The notes below the pieces were generated by a model. The model saw only the letters and a program-made list of their open reading frames with translations, did not search any database and was not told where the DNA came from. From Ostrea edulis (Eukaryota): DNA of 64,000 bases. The first letter of the stretch is position 1, and each line of letters starts with the position of its first letter. The position numbers and the translations under genes were made by a program. Positions 62,030 to 64,000 of the stretch are shown here, piece after piece. Location: the NCBI RefSeq assembly GCF_947568905.1, contig NC_079169.1, forward strand, positions 92,442,001 to 92,506,000, written 5' to 3'.

Positions 62030-64000
62030 GTAAGTAGTCTATTACATCATTACATCTCATGGGAGTATGTCTACTATGTCTCCAGTAAGTAGTCTATTAC
62101 ATCATTACATATCATAGTAATATGTCTCCAGTAAGTAGTCTATTACATCATTACATCTCATAGTATTATGTCTCCAGTAAGTAGTCTATTACATCATTAC
62201 ATCTCATAGTAATATGTCTCCAGTAAGTAGTCTATTACATCATTACATATCATAGTAATATGTCTCCAGTAAGTAGTCTATTACATCATTACATATCATA
62301 GTATTATGTCTCCAGTAAGTAGTCTATTACATCATTACATCTCATGGGAGTATGTCTACTATGTCTCCAGTAAGTAGTATATTACATCATTACATATCAT
62401 AGTAATATGTCTCCAGTAAGTAGTCTATTACATCATTATATCTCATGGGAGTATGTCTACTATGTCTCCAGTAAGTAGTCTATTACATCTCATAGTAATA
62501 TGTCTCCAGTAAGTAGTCTATTACATCATTACATCTCATGGGAGTATGTCTACTACGTCTCCAGTAAGTAGTCTATTACATCATTACATATCATAGTAAT
62601 ATGTCTCCAGTAAGTAGTCTATTACATCATTACATATCATAGTATTATGTCTCCAGTAAGTAGTATATTACATCATTACATCTCATAGTAATACGTCTCC
62701 AGTAAGTAGTCTATTAAATCATTACATCTCATGGGAGTATGTCTACTATGTCTCCAGTAAGTAGTCTATTACATCATTACATCTCATGGGAGTATGTCTC
62801 CAGTAAGTAGTCTATTACATCATTACATCTCATAGTATTATGTCTCCAGTAAATAGTATATTACATCATTACATCTCATAGTATTATGTCTCCAGTAAGT
62901 AGTCTATTACATCATTACATCTCATAGTAATACGTCTCCAGTAAGTAGTCTATTACATCATTATATATCATAGTAATATGTCTCCAGTAAGTAGTCTATT
63001 ACATCATTACATCTCATAGTAATATGTCTCCAGTAAGTAGTCTATTACATCATTACACCTCATAGTAATATGTCTCCAGTAAGTAGTCTATTAAATCATT
63101 ACATCTCATAGTAATATGTCTCCAGTAAGTAGTCTATTACATCATTACACCTCATGGGAGTATGTCTCCAGTAAGTAGTCTATTACATCTCATAGTAATA
63201 TGTCTCCAGTAAGTAGTCTATTACATCATTACACCTCATAGTAATATGTCTCCAGTAAGTAGTCTATTAAATCATTACATCTCATAGTAATATGTCTCCA
63301 GTAAGTAGTCTATTACATCATTACACCTCATGGGAGTATGTCTCCAGTAAGTAGTCTATTAAATCATTACATCTCATAGTAATATGTCTCCAGTAAGTAG
63401 TCTATTACATCATTACATCTCATGGGAGTATGTCTACTACGTCTCCAGTAAGTAGTCTATTACATCATTACATATCATAGTAATATGTCTCCAGTAAGTA
63501 GTCTATTACATCATTACATATCATAGTAATATGTCTCCAGTAAGTAGTCTATTACATCATTACGTCTCATAGTAATATGTCTCCAGTAAGTAGTCTATTT
63601 CATCATTGCATCTCATAGTAATATGTCTCCAGTAAGTAGTCTATTAAATCATTACATCTCATAGTAATATGTCTCCAGTAAGTAGTCTATTACATCATTA
63701 CATCTCATGGGAGTATGTCTACTACGTCTCCAGTAAGTAGTCTATTACATCATTACATATCATAGTAATATGTCTCCAGTAAGTAGTCTATTACATCATT
63801 ACATCTCATAGTAATATGTCTCCAGTAAGTAGTCTATTACATCATTACGTCTCATAGTAATATGTCTCCAGTAAGTAGTCTATTTCATCATTGCATCTCA
63901 TAGTAATATGTCTCCAGTAAGTAGTCTATTACATCATTACACCTCATAGTAATATGTCCCCAGTAAGTAGTATATTACATCATTACATCTCATAGTAATA
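61996..64000 (+). repeat. 55/46-bp tandem array (~40 copies, runs off the window) of SLC17 exon-5 end plus donor
   Basis: Unit tacatctcatgggagtatgtctactatgtctcca|GTAAGTagtctattacatcat, with a shorter variant tacatctcatagtaatatgtctcca|GTAAGT... Confidence 0.95.

Noticed and set aside
31111-64000. Arrays that superficially resemble CRISPR repeats
   Set aside because: No unique spacers, eukaryotic intronic context and no cas genes.

Overview
Eukaryotic, AT-rich, intron-rich genomic DNA that looks like bivalve, probably oyster (TACATGTA-rich, Helentron/HINE elements, mollusc-type tRNA-SINEs, temptin domain). Six protein-coding loci can be reconstructed by hand. (1) A partial single-pass membrane protein with a 13x14-aa acidic repeat tail (+, 13109-15864). 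(2) Pitchfork/PIFO (-, 23894-20148). (3) GTF2H1/TFIIH p62 (+, 26643-40596), head-to-head with PIFO. (4) An intact 545-aa secreted temptin + copper-monooxygenase (DBH/MOXD1-fold) protein (-, 50741-41155), in which all six canonical copper ligands appear substituted. (5) An intronless secreted cbEGF protein (-, 53316-52069). (6) The 5' part of a VGLUT-like SLC17 transporter (+, from 58970). Mobile DNA includes a dead Tc1 element with a CACTA-like element nested in its right TIR, Penelope-like RT fragments, tRNA-SINEs, HINEs and hAT-like MITEs. Two signals stand out: the copper-ligand-less temptin-monooxygenase pseudoenzyme, and a recurrent class of tandem arrays whose unit is the real exon end plus its 5' splice site, seen at seven junctions in four genes. 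All gene models and family assignments come from manual translation and recalled family motifs; no searches were run. Coordinates of repeats and mobile elements are approximate.
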